From NCBI GenBank assembly GCA_002269645.1, contig NIVC01002498.1:104244-168243 (forward strand): 64,000 nucleotides of DNA, in the 5' to 3' direction. The notes under the pieces are model-generated. The model did no database searches, was not told the DNA's origin, and saw only the letters and a list, made by a program, of their open reading frames with translations. A program made the translations under genes and the position numbers. Positions 25,701 to 36,426 of this stretch are shown here, piece after piece (the stretch's first letter is position 1; each line of letters opens with the position of its first letter). The stretch is from Macrostomum lignano. Taxonomy: Eukaryota.

Positions 25701-27308
25701 CGGCCTGTCGCTGCTGCTCTGCCCGACCCCGCTGGACCTGATCCCCGTCCCGGTGCTGTACGGCCTCTTCATCTGTATGGCCATCCGCGGACTGGTGGGC
25801 AACCAGATGTTCGAGAGGATCCTGCTGCTGGTCACCGAGCAGGTGACATGGCTCATGAGTCATTGGGGATCAGAGTGATTGGGGATCAGAGAGTGATTAG
25901 GGATCAGAGAGGGATTGGGGATCAGAGAGTGATTGGGGATCAGAGAGTGATTGGGGATCAGAGAGAGTGATTGGGGATCAGAGAGAGTGATTGGGGATCG
26001 GGGAGTGATTGGGAATCAGAGAGTGATTGGGGATCAGAGTGATTGGGGATCAGAGTGATTGGGGATCAGAGTGATTGGGGATCAGAGTGATTGGGGATCA
26101 GAGTGATTGGGGATCAGAGTGATTGGGGATCAGAGGGTGATTGGGGATCAGAGTGATTGGGGATCAGAGGGTGATTGGGGATCAGAGTGATTGGGGATCA
26201 GAGGGTGATTGGGATCAGAGTGATTGGGGATCAGAGGGTGATTGGGGATCAGAGTGATTGGGGATCAGAGTGATTGGGGATCAGAGTGATTGGAGATCAG
26301 AGTGATTGGGGATCAGAGTGATTGGGGATCAGAGGGTGATTGGGGATCAGAGAGTGATTGGGGATCAGAGTGATTGGGGATCAGAGTGATTGGGGATCAG
26401 AGTGATTGAGGATCAGAGAGTGATTGGGGATCAGAGTGATTGTGGATCAGAGTGATTGGGGATCAGAGTGATTGAGGATCAGAGAGTGATTTGGGATCAG
26501 AGTGATTGGGGATCAGAGTGATTGGGGATCAGAGTGATTGGGGATCAGAGTGATTGGGGATCAGAGTGATTGGGGATCAGAGTGATTGGGGATCAGAGTG
26601 ATTGGGGATCAGAGTGATTGGGTTAAATGAATCGTGGACTATTCTTAGATGAGGGAAGGCTATTCAATAAGAGTTGGTGAAAATGGGATTTATGAAACCC
26701 AAGTCCGCCACCTCTCTCAGCAGCTCCGCGACTCTGTCCCGCAGGCCGCCTACCCGCCATCGCACTATCTCCGCCGGGTGCCGCAGCGCAAAGTGCACGC
26801 CTTCACCCTGCTGCAGCTGCTGCAGCTCGCCCTGCTGTGCACCCTCGGCTTCAGCTGGGTCTCTCTGGCCAAGCTGGCCTTCCCGGCCGTGCTGCTGCTG
26901 CAGCTGCCCGTCAGGTGAGTGGGGAAGTCGGGATGGGGAAGTCAGGGTGGGGAAGTCAGGGTGGGGAAGTCAGGGTGGGGAAGTCAGGGTGGGGAAGTCA
27001 GGGTGGGGAAGTCAGGGTGGGGAAGTCAGGGTGGGGAAGTCAGGGTGGGGAAGCCAGGGTGGGAAAGTCAGGGTGGGGAAGCCAGGGTGGGGAAGTCAGG
27101 GTGGGGAAGTCTGGGGAAGTCAGGGTGGCCAAGTCAGGGTGGGGAAGTCAGGGTGGGGAAGTCAGGTGGGGAAGTCTGGGGAAGTCAGGGTGGCCAAGTC
27201 ATGGTGGGGAAGTCGCCCCAATCCAGCTGCCGCATGCACTGCAGGCACATACTCCTGCCAAAGCTGATTGACGAGTCATTTCTGGATGCGCTGGACAAGC
27301 CGATGTGA
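14316..27308 (+). CDS. SLC4A11: SLC4A11-like (BTR1/NaBC1) SLC4-family transporter, ~17 exons
   Basis: Exons by eye: 14316-14547, 14626-14663, 15216-~15504, 16884-16968, 17491-17614, 17696-17905, 18867-18948, 19028-19150, 19390-19503, 20374-20580, 22781-22970, 23313-23419, 24096-24261, 25033-25212, 25647-25842, 26745-26914, 27245-27308. All GT-AG and phase-compatible; the exon 3 donor is ambiguous. Motifs: [137 protein letters not shown]. Confidence 0.93.
14715..15115. repeat. Intronic minisatellite (gggcactgttc core)
   Basis: Repeated ggggcactgttcg / ggggcactgttagggggagcactgttc. Confidence 0.9.
15500..15990. repeat. Intronic ~27-bp minisatellite containing GTGAGT
   Basis: Unit gctgtgagtgaggctgggctagatgga. 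Confidence 0.9.
16410..16800. repeat. Intronic 24-bp G-rich minisatellite
   Basis: Unit gggagtgaggtgggtgtcggggct. Confidence 0.9.
17930..18720. repeat. Intronic 33-bp minisatellite
   Basis: Unit atgtacataggagaaccattgactctgcccagg. Confidence 0.95.
19520..20330. repeat. Intronic ~19-bp G-rich minisatellite
   Basis: Unit ggactgggtgtggggtgca. Confidence 0.93.
20630..21826. repeat. Intronic 57-bp tandem repeat (~20 copies)
   Basis: Period measured 20673 to 20730; unit tgatccggtgtctaatgtgcaatcatgtattctattgaatgtgtactgaactgtaca. Confidence 0.95.
22213..22740. repeat. (AGAC)n microsatellite with ACTAAGAC interruptions
   Basis: Direct inspection. Confidence 0.95.
22992..23210. repeat. Intronic 35-bp minisatellite (~6 copies)
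   Basis: Unit tctaagactgtacatttagggatcacgtgaccatg. Confidence 0.9.
23630..24075. repeat. Intronic 22-bp minisatellite, degenerate at its left end
   Basis: Unit aaaattgtcactccatcgactc. Confidence 0.9.
25345..25600. repeat. Intronic 15-bp minisatellite
   Basis: Unit gagtctcaccccaaa. Confidence 0.9.
25865..26620. repeat. Intronic 16-bp minisatellite
   Basis: Unit gattggggatcagagt. Confidence 0.93.
26920..27215. repeat. Intronic 14-bp G-rich minisatellite filling nearly the whole last intron
   Basis: Unit gtcagggtggggaa. Confidence 0.93.
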
Positions 27309-27666
27309 CCGCCGCCTGGAGGTGAACAGGTCGAATGTGATTATCGACGCTAAAAGCTAGAGACTTGTCTTAGAAAATATTTGTAGAAAAAATACTTTGA
27401 TGTATAAAAAATGTTTTCAGTGTTTTTGTTTGTCCGTCTAGTCCACTCCGATAATTGTTTTGTACTTGTTGTCTAGGAAATTTCTCACAAAGCTAAGAAA
27501 ATACGCTGCGCGAATATACTACTAACAGTATGCATAATGAATCTATTTGTGTACAATTATAGCTTCACGATATTTCTGTTTAAACAAAATTTAATCAAGT
27601 TTTTGTGCTTGAGATCGTCGAGTTTTATTTATATGTCGAGTTTTATATATCGTCGCGTTTCGAACA

Positions 27667-28075
27667 CAGTTGCTACCCAAATCAGTTGCTACCCAAATCA
27701 GTTGCTACCCAAATCAGTTGCTACCCAAATCAGTTGCTACCCAAATCAGTTGCTACCCAAATCAGTTGCTACCCAAATCAGTTGCTACCCAAATCAGTTG
27801 CTACCCAAATCAGTTGCTACCCAAATCAGTTGCTACCCAAATCAGTTGCTACCCAAATCAGTTGCTACCCAAATCAGTTGCTACCCAAATCAGTTGCTAC
27901 CCAAATCAGTTGCTACCCAAATCAGTTGCTACCCAAATCAGTTGCTACCCAAATCAGTTGCTACCCAAATCAGTTGCTACCCAAATCAGTTGCTACCCAA
28001 ATCAGTTGCTACCCAAATCAGTTGCTACCCAAATCAGTTGCTACCCAAATCAGTTGCTACCCAAATCAGTTGCTT
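27667..28075. repeat. Perfect 16-bp tandem repeat (~25 copies)
   Basis: Unit cagttgctacccaaat. Confidence 0.95.
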
Positions 28076-28824
28076 TGATCATTCCATTCAAAAGTTATGC
28101 TTGAAACCTCGTTAGTCTGATAGAAACATCTTGCTTGTAGTGATCATCAGCACCCTTCAAAGCGGACTTCTCAGCACAGTCTCCACCTGTAGCAACGCAC
28201 TTCTTCCATTGTTTAAGCATCCCGTCAATTGCATCAGCACAGCTTTTGGCGAATTCAAATAAATGAGGCGTGAAGGCGGTGGTTTTTGGTTCTGATCGGT
28301 ATTACCATAAACTATAAATAAAATATGGCCGATATAATAAAATCATTGTGCGAGTAGACGGGATAAATATAGCTTTTTACCAACCCTTTGGGCCTATATG
28401 CAATGCATGTAATCCAATGGTAGCAAGGGTGACAACAGCAGCATTAAACTCGATCCAACAACAGGCATTTTATTTACACTTCATTTATGTACAGCAGAAA
28501 CTCAAACACAGGACATCAGGGCGGTAACCATGGCCCGCTACCTAAGGGCTACCGGGCGAGTGACCATCCAACCCTCTTGGACTCCCCCGGAGGCGGACTG
28601 CGCTGCGGACACCGGCACCACCGGATCTCCCTGCGCGATACCGCTGCACTATCGTCAACACCTCCCGCTGTAGCCGAAGTCCCATGCAGCTGAGCGGCTT
28701 TCAGGCCTCAAATAGCGACACGGAAGTCCTGAATGGCACCGCGTGCGCTCAGACTGTCAGGATCAGCACATGTGGCTTCTCAGCAGACTCTGTTCGGCTT
28801 ATCTCAACTGACGGCAGCGGCGAG

Positions 28825-29987
28825 CTATCGATATTCACCAGCGCTCAGAGTGGGTACCGCCGGGGCCAATCTGTCGTAAGTCTCGCTGTACACTGTTGAG
28901 CCGTCGGCATACGTGGGCGACTGTGCAGCACCAACCTCATCGTAGATCACCTGATCGGCAACTGGTCCAGCTGGTCCTCCTGGTTGGCTCTGCAATGCAC
29001 AAATTAGATACACGAAATGACAAAAATATCATAAACTGTTTCACATAAGTAAAGGAAGTATTCGACATTGGCTTGTATGGGACTCTCTACACTGAGCTAC
29101 GAACTAAAATCGAAGCTTCTCTTTTCTGTCTGCACGTTTGGCTTTTCTGCTTCAAAATGATAAAATAGCAAACGAGCCAAGGCGTCACATTCAGTCGAGT
29201 AGAGAGCAGTACGCATTACGTCTGTAGCAACTACCTAAGAACTATAGGCTGAATTCAGACGGCTCTTTGCGCATACTTTAAAAAAAATCATTTAACTTTA
29301 TCACTGATTATCATTGATTACCATATAGCACAAATTACCAACCTGACTCGCCATTGAACCCTCCCTGTGAGGCACGTGAGGCACATTGTTCTGGAAATTG
29401 TCCACGCCACTGGTGTTAGCGTCCGGAGGAAGTAGTGAAGCTCTCTGACTAGCTCTTCCGGTCTCAACATCGCTAGCTGGTCCTTGGAGATTTCTGCGCC
29501 GATGGCGATACACAAAGACAACGATGAGCACCAATGAAACAGCCAACACAACAGCCAATGAAGCGGCCAGCACAATGATAATTGTTTTATTCGATGGCTG
29601 CACTGGCGAATCTGTAGCCGTTTGGTCGGGTCCTCCCGGCGACTCTCCGGGTGACGCCTTGCTGGTTGCCAACGGAGGCGGTGGGATTACCGACCCGACG
29701 GGATCGAGCACGAGCTGGTGTTGCTTTGATCCGCCATGTTGTTCACCGGTGCAGCACACTGGGTGATCCCGGCAGATCGCCGAGTAATGCTCGGTGGCCT
29801 GATAGTTGTCCTGGTCGGGCGGCTGCGGGCAGGCAACGCAACGGTCCTGGATCGCATCGTAGAACTGCTTGAGACCAGGCGGACAGGCGGCTGTTTGAGC
29901 ATCAACTGATGCGGTCTGCAGAGGCGCCGCGATGGCAAGCAGAATGCTGATGATGATGATGATGATGCCGTTTAGTCTGAGAGACAT
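28825..29987 (-). CDS. Type I membrane receptor with one small Cys-rich (TNFR-like) ectodomain and a Tyr-rich tail; 2 exons
   Basis: ATG29987; signal peptide LNGIIIIIISILLAIAAPLQTA; CPPGLKQFYDAIQDRCVAC..C..CC; Pro/Ser/Thr stalk; TM IIIVLAASLAVVLAVSLVLIVVFVY + RHRRR. Exon 1 29987-29343 (cag|gttggt); exon 2 28989-28825 (ttgcag|agc), phase 0. Confidence 0.75.
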
Positions 29988-30751
29988 ATTTGAGCAAGAA
30001 TGCAAGCGAGATTTTCTGGTTTTCGCATATATGCGAAGGTGTGTCTTTTCTATTTATGTGACTATATACGAGCAAGAGCTTTTACGACGTAATTACATTC
30101 GTACTATTTTTATCTGCTTAATGATGTCAAACTATCTTTTTTACGTTTGAGTACACTTTTGTACGGAGCTGCCCGTTGTTAATGCAGGGTAAACGCTCGT
30201 ATGTGCTTTCATTGACGTCATTAATACTGTACAGATTGACGAAATGGAAAAAACTAAGTTTTTTAAAGAGAATGCTCACAGCAGATTACCATATTAAGAG
30301 CTATGTGCTGCCGCCGATTCAAACCGGTTGCATTTTAGCAGAAATGTGAGTCTAAAGATTACGCAGACGCAAATATCTTAAAACGCGCATTTCAAAGATA
30401 CGTCTGAGATACTTAAAATAGAAATTACGTACAGTATGTTTTAATGTGAATCCAGTGCTAAACTGTAAAGCCTAATTTACAATTTTCAACGGGAAATCAC
30501 ACTTTTTTAGCATTAGCACTTAAATATTAAATTTCATATAAGCAAAATGGACTGCAAGCCTTCCCATAGCTTCTAGAACAGCATTGCTAAATTCAAGCTA
30601 ATCGCGGTCCTATCAGTCACAGGGTCAAGCTCGTAACGTACCAGGATTTTTATCGGGGACATGGGGGTTGCATCGCCATCGCGGGGCGACAGCGAATGGC
30701 ATCATTGTAGAGGAGCTATTGTGAGGCGCCAAGCTGCGCAAGCACTAAGAA

Positions 30752-30995
30752 GCTGTGAAGGGGGCGCCAAACCTGCTGTGAAGGGGGCGCCAAACCTGCT
30801 GTGAAGGGGGCGCCAAACCTGCTGTGAAGGGGGCGCCAAACCTGCTGTGAAGGGGGCGCCAAACCTGCTGTGAAGGGGGCGCCAAACCTGCTGTGAAGGG
30901 GGCGCCAAACCTGCTGTGAAGGGGGCGCCAAACCTGCTGTGAAGGGGGCGCCAAACCTGCTGTGAAGGAGCGCCAAACCTGCTGTGAAGGGGGCG
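30752..30995. repeat. 23-bp minisatellite (~10 copies)
   Basis: Unit cctgctgtgaagggggcgccaaa. Confidence 0.93.
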
Positions 30996-31436
30996 CTCAA
31001 ACTCATGTGCAACTTACTCTTTCCAGATGGAATAGCTACGTGTATACGTTCGTAAATGTAAATGTATGCCATTTTCAAATTTGCTATTTGCTAAAATGGA
31101 GCAAAAGTACTTTTGATCTAGTAGCAAAAAATGGGATAACAATTTAATTGGAACACGGGAGTAGAGTCCGAAGTACATGTAAACTAGAATATCGCAGCAA
31201 ACATCCCCAAGCAATCCCCAGCCGTTACATGAATCTCTGTGGGGTCAAAATAGGGATTTCATGTCAAATCAATTCAAGGCTCAAAAGCGCGCTACGTGGT
31301 TTCAGGGAAGAAGCCTGATTTTATTATTCAGTTTGCATCTTGCCCTTGCGATCAGCGTGTTCTATGCACTGTAAACAAATGCGTACTCTATGCAATTCAG
31401 TGTGCCTTGCCTCACCCCTTAAAGGCCCATTCACAC

Positions 31437-32055
31437 CGCCATCAAATGAGGCCGATGTTCGAGTGATCACACAAAATTTCAGTTGATGATTAACGAATCT
31501 TTGACAACCACCTCAGTTTTTCACGCCATCAAATGAGGCCGATGTTCGAGTGACCACACAAAATTTCAGTTGATGATTAACGAATCTTTGACAACCACCT
31601 CAGTTTTTCACGCCATCAAATGAGGCCGATGTTCGAGTGATCACACAAAATTTCAGTTGATGATTAACGAATCTTTGACAACCACCTCAGTTTTTCACGC
31701 CATCAAATGAGGCCGATGTTCGAGTGATCACACAAAATTTCAGTTGATGATTAACGAATCTTTGACAACCACCTCAGTTTTTCACGCCATCAAATGAGGC
31801 CGATGTTCGAGTGACCACACAAAATTTCAGTTGATGATTAACGAATCTTTGACAACCACCTCAGTTTTTCACGCCATCAAATGAGGCCGATGTTCGAGTG
31901 ATCACACAAAATTTCAGTTGATGATTAACGAATCTTTGACAACCACCTCAGTTTTTCACGCCATCAAATGAGGCCGATGTTCGAGTGATCACACAAAATT
32001 TCAGTTGATGATTAACGAATCTTTGACAACCACCTCAGTTTTTTACGCCATCAAC
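31437..32055. repeat. 87-bp tandem repeat (7 copies)
   Basis: Period measured 31441 to 31528; near-identical copies. Confidence 0.95.
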
Positions 32056-32495
32056 TGACTTTTACGAGTGATCGCAAGCGTTCACACCGCAATCAACTGA
32101 CATATACTGAGAAGAATGACTGGGCTGGGGTTTAGAGGAGGGTGACGCAAGTTTTCTAATTTGTTGCGCGAGCAATACTGTGCGCACGTATCTCCAGCTG
32201 TGCTCAAAATCGTACATATTTTCAGCAGGTTTGAGAAAACTATTTTGTGCTTTGAATTCAATACCAGTGTACAGTCTGTATCAGATACAAAGGCCAGTGC
32301 TCTTATTGATACAACTGGCGCGAGCTAACGAAAAGCCTAGCACCTACACTTTTCCGATCGTCCTTTTTCCTGGTATTTCGATTGTCAGGGTGCCGAAGGT
32401 CGTATAGAGCAGGATTTTCTTGCACTTTGTTTACCAGGGGTTTCAGCGGCAACCAACAGGCGCTGTTTTTTCACGCTTGCTCGTTTCGCTTATGT

Positions 32496-32940
32496 CAGGG
32501 GTCGGCAAACTTTTTACCCCCCCCCCCCAAGGGCCAGATAAAGAACCTAGAGCAGGGGTCGGCAAACTTTTTACCCCCCCCCCCCAAGGGCCAGATAAAG
32601 AACCTAGAGCAGGGGTCGGCAAACTTTTTACCCCCCCCCCAAGGGCCAGATAAAGAACCTAGAGCAGGGGTCGGCAAACTTTTTACCCCCCCCCCAAGGG
32701 CCAGATAAAGAACCTAGAGCAGGGGTCGGCAAACTTTTTTACCCCCCCCCCAAGGGCCAAATAAAGAACCTAGAGCATGGGTCGGCAAACTTTTTTACCC
32801 CAAGGGCCAGATAAAGAACCTTGAGCAGGGGTCGGCAAACTTTTTACCCCCCCCCCCCAAGGGCCAGATAAAGAACCTAGAGCAGGGGTCGGCAAACTTT
32901 TTTACCCCCCCCCCCCAAGGGCCAGATAAAGAACCTAGAG
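32496..32940 (+). repeat. Tandem array (8 x ~57 bp) of a hAT-Charlie-type transposon terminus
   Basis: Units start at 32496, 32553, 32610, 32665, 32720, 32776, 32826, 32883 with CAGGGGTCGGCAAACTTTTT..AAGGGCCAGATA and end with aacctagag. Confidence 0.75.
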
Positions 32941-35900
32941 CCTAGAGTAGATTCGAATACATTTTATATACTGCTAGGTATTTCTATGAATTACTGGTAT
33001 ACGGTATAAACAAAAAATACGTTAATGCTAAATAAGAAAGTAAAATTAAAGCATAATGTAGAAATTATGAATATTATTCTGTACGATACAAAATAAGAAA
33101 GAAATAAAGGAAGTAACATCGTCACACTCGCCTCCCTTCCAAAAAGGGGCTAGCTAAACTATTTACAAGTAGAAGGGTGCGCGCATACTAATTATCGAAA
33201 GAATATCAAACGTCCTAGAGCGAAAATGTAGTTTTCTTTGAAAAGCATATTGTTGAGTGTACGTCTCGTAAATAGAAAAAAATTCAGAGCAAAAGGACGA
33301 ATCGAAGATTGTTGGAGTTAAGGTAACGGCAAAAAAACGATCTAAGCGAATCAATAATTGTTGAACACGTTATCGAATAAAAGTGAAAAATGCAGCAATA
33401 TTGGAAGTGTAGTAAATAATAACAAACAAATGCATGAATATCAAAGAATTTCAACCTTACTGTTACTGTTACTGTTCATCTGAAATACTCAGATGGGTTA
33501 ATGAAAATAACAAAAGAATTAAGCACACGGGAAGACGCCGCCGGTGCGACGCAATTGAGCGAGGAGGCGAAACCGATGCAGAATGCATCCGCTGCAGAGT
33601 GCAGCCAGCCGACAGACGGCTCACCAGCTGGGCCGGTCCCGGTGGACCGCACGGGCGCGCCCCCGATGGGACGCAGAAGCCGCCCAGACACGCGCACAGA
33701 GGCGCAGAAAACCGGCACAGAGAAAAGAAGAACGCTGAAAAGCGCCTATGGCGTCCGGCTTCCGAGGGCCGGCACCGCAACAGAATGGGATGTTTCACAC
33801 GCTTAAAAAAAGAAGTGAAGAGACTGACGGCGAATGCGAAACAAGGAACAGACTGCTATAAACAGCGAATACAAATACATGAATGATGAAAATAGAAATT
33901 AACGTATTGCAGTACACGAATATTTGTAAACAGTTATTTAATATTATTAAACAACTTATTAGGTGGCGGCAACTACAAACTAACCAAGATAGTACAAATT
34001 CTCAGTCTATGCAAAAAGTAATTGAAGTTGTAGCGTAAAGTATCAATCTTAGAAAGTACATGTACGCTAGATTTATTTTTAGAATTAGAATTTTCGAGAA
34101 ATTACTTTTTTAGTGCAAAGTTAAAGTTTATTCCAGAAATTTCCTTTAGTTTAATTAAATGTTAGTTTTACTGCTTAATATTAGGTATAAAATTTATTGT
34201 TGTCATATTTATTAATGCATTTGTACGGTAGTGTTACGTAATATCATTTTGTTGTAACTAACGAAACTTCTAGAAATTCCCGGTTATACTCAGTTCAGTA
34301 CTATAAATAAACGTAACCTAAGTACTTCAACTCTTTAAGTGATTCTGTTCATACAGAAAACACAGAGCCACCGCCTTTGCTCTTTATCTTCATCAACTAA
34401 CGCTACAAAGTGATAAGAAAAGTGGGTGAAAATCACAGTATTCAGAAAACGATAATTACGAAATAAAATGTACATATGTGTCATGGGTTTCGGCCTTTTC
34501 GGCTCCTTTGTGGAAGCCTTCGGGCCTCAGGTCTCAGAAATGAATCCATTAGAGTCCTGGCCCCCCACTCCTGTCAGATGGTCAGCCCCATGGTAGCTTG
34601 ATCTGTGGCGAGCAGTCTAGGTCCTATAGCTAAGGGAGGGACAGCGAGAGACAAGCAGGGAGAATTTAGGCGCAGGTGGCTGTCAGACCAGCTCAAAAGA
34701 AATGATTTAATGATTTATGACCCCAAAAGCAGCAAAAAAACCGCACCTATGTTATTATAACTACAAGTATGGCAGATTCATATAGCTACAAAAGTCCTAC
34801 TAGCATGAATTCTAGAAAAATTACAAAAAATGAGAAAAACGCTCATAGCCTGCTCTTAGTAGGCTAGTAAGTTTGGAGCCCATGTGCGAGCGTGAAATTT
34901 GGATAAAATTGCGTCCTCATTATGTGCATTCACAATTAAAATAACAACTTTATCTGCACTTGACGGTAAAAAACTTAACAGCTTAAGCTGACTAGGCCTG
35001 CCACACTGGCATAGCAGGTAGCGCGATTCAGTCTGCGATTGGATTGAAATTGGGGTGGTCGCGCAAACACCTAGCGAGACCGAATGGAGTGATGACTCAA
35101 AGGTACACAGCGCACGCTTGCACTCGCGGCCCGCAACCTCTTCCAAAGAATTGCGTAGCCCAGAATCAAAAATTAAAGAATTAAAATTAACATAGAATCC
35201 TACTTCTTTGAACGAAAAACTTTATGAATATCGGTAGAGCAATAAGAAAGGCACAACAATCAAAAGATGAACACTGGATCTGCCACCTACTATCAAAAGC
35301 AATAAAAAATTTTGTGCTGAAAAAATGAAAACTCCTATCTCCGTAGTGTATTTTTTCGGGAAAACCTGCCTTTTAAAATTTTCTAAGAAACGAGGTTTCC
35401 CGTCCTTCTACTTAAGTCGTCCTTGGTCAGTGGTTTTTTTGCATTTTTCGAAACCAACCAATATACGGCTCGTATGGTTGCAGTGCAGATTGTCAAATGC
35501 TCAAAATAACACCGTTTTAATCACTCAGCAGGTTTCCGCGTACACGTGATATGTAAACTCCCAAAGGGAAAGTTAGTTTTACTTTGCTGGCTTTACAGTT
35601 GTATAAAAGCGGATAGATAGCTATTGATTTTCGGTACATGTCTGGGGCTAAGAGTAGGAAATTAATTTAAATTGAAACTTCGTTGAATAAATGAAATTGT
35701 CAGAAATTGTCAATTAAAATTAAAAGTGGCAAGAAATAATGACAATGCACTGAATTACCGTGGAGAAAAATGATTTGCAACAAGATGAAAGTTACTGCAC
35801 TTAAATTTTAAAGTATAATTAGTTTACATTCAATTAAGGCTATTTGAACAAGCAAAGATACGATTCAGCCACTCGTATTTAGCCACTTTAGCTGTAACTC

Positions 35901-36285
35901 AAGAAACTGAGTTAACTATCAAAACTGACAATTCTTGGAAGCATGTAAACAGAAGACAACAAAAGATATACCTTAATAAAAGCTTATACTGGTGTAAGCA
36001 CTAAGGATATAAGCATATTTTGTTTAAGTTCTTAGGCCACCGATTTCAAAGGGCTTCCGATTCTAAGAAGTTTATAAAATTAAAGTCTTGGTGATAATTG
36101 TGATGCTGACGCCTGACTACTCTTCTGTACGACTGTAGGCCTAGTAGCTCAGCTGGTAGGGGTAGGGTAAAGTAAAAGATGTTTTGAATGGCCCACGAGA
36201 TAAATTATTTTCGAAAATAATAAAGAAGAAATATTGACTCTTTTAGGCCTCCTAGTCTTACATACTTAAACTTTGTCTTTGTGGG

Positions 36286-36426
36286 CAGGCGCGGCGGAAG
36301 AAGAAAAATATTGGGGGGGGGCAGCACAACCACAACTTGTCCACAAGGGCAAATTCTGATATTTTGGACGGAAAAGTCTAAACGGAGAATAAACACTAGA
36401 TGCATTACCCAGCTCTGCCGCGCCTG
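36286..36426. mobile_element. 141-bp hAT-like MITE
   Basis: TIRs caggcgcggcgga / tctgccgcgcctg (1 mismatch); 8-bp flanks tttgtggg / ttagtagg (6/8 identical, degenerate TSD). Confidence 0.55.

Noticed and set aside
34480-34700. Possible 3' end of a non-LTR retrotransposon on the minus strand
   Set aside because: Only a vague resemblance; contains stops, and there is no RT motif or tail.
36138-36165. tRNA/SINE head (tagctcagctggtag); also a B-box-like ggggatcgaacc near 61075
   Set aside because: Isolated A- or B-box-like words with no cloverleaf or partner box.
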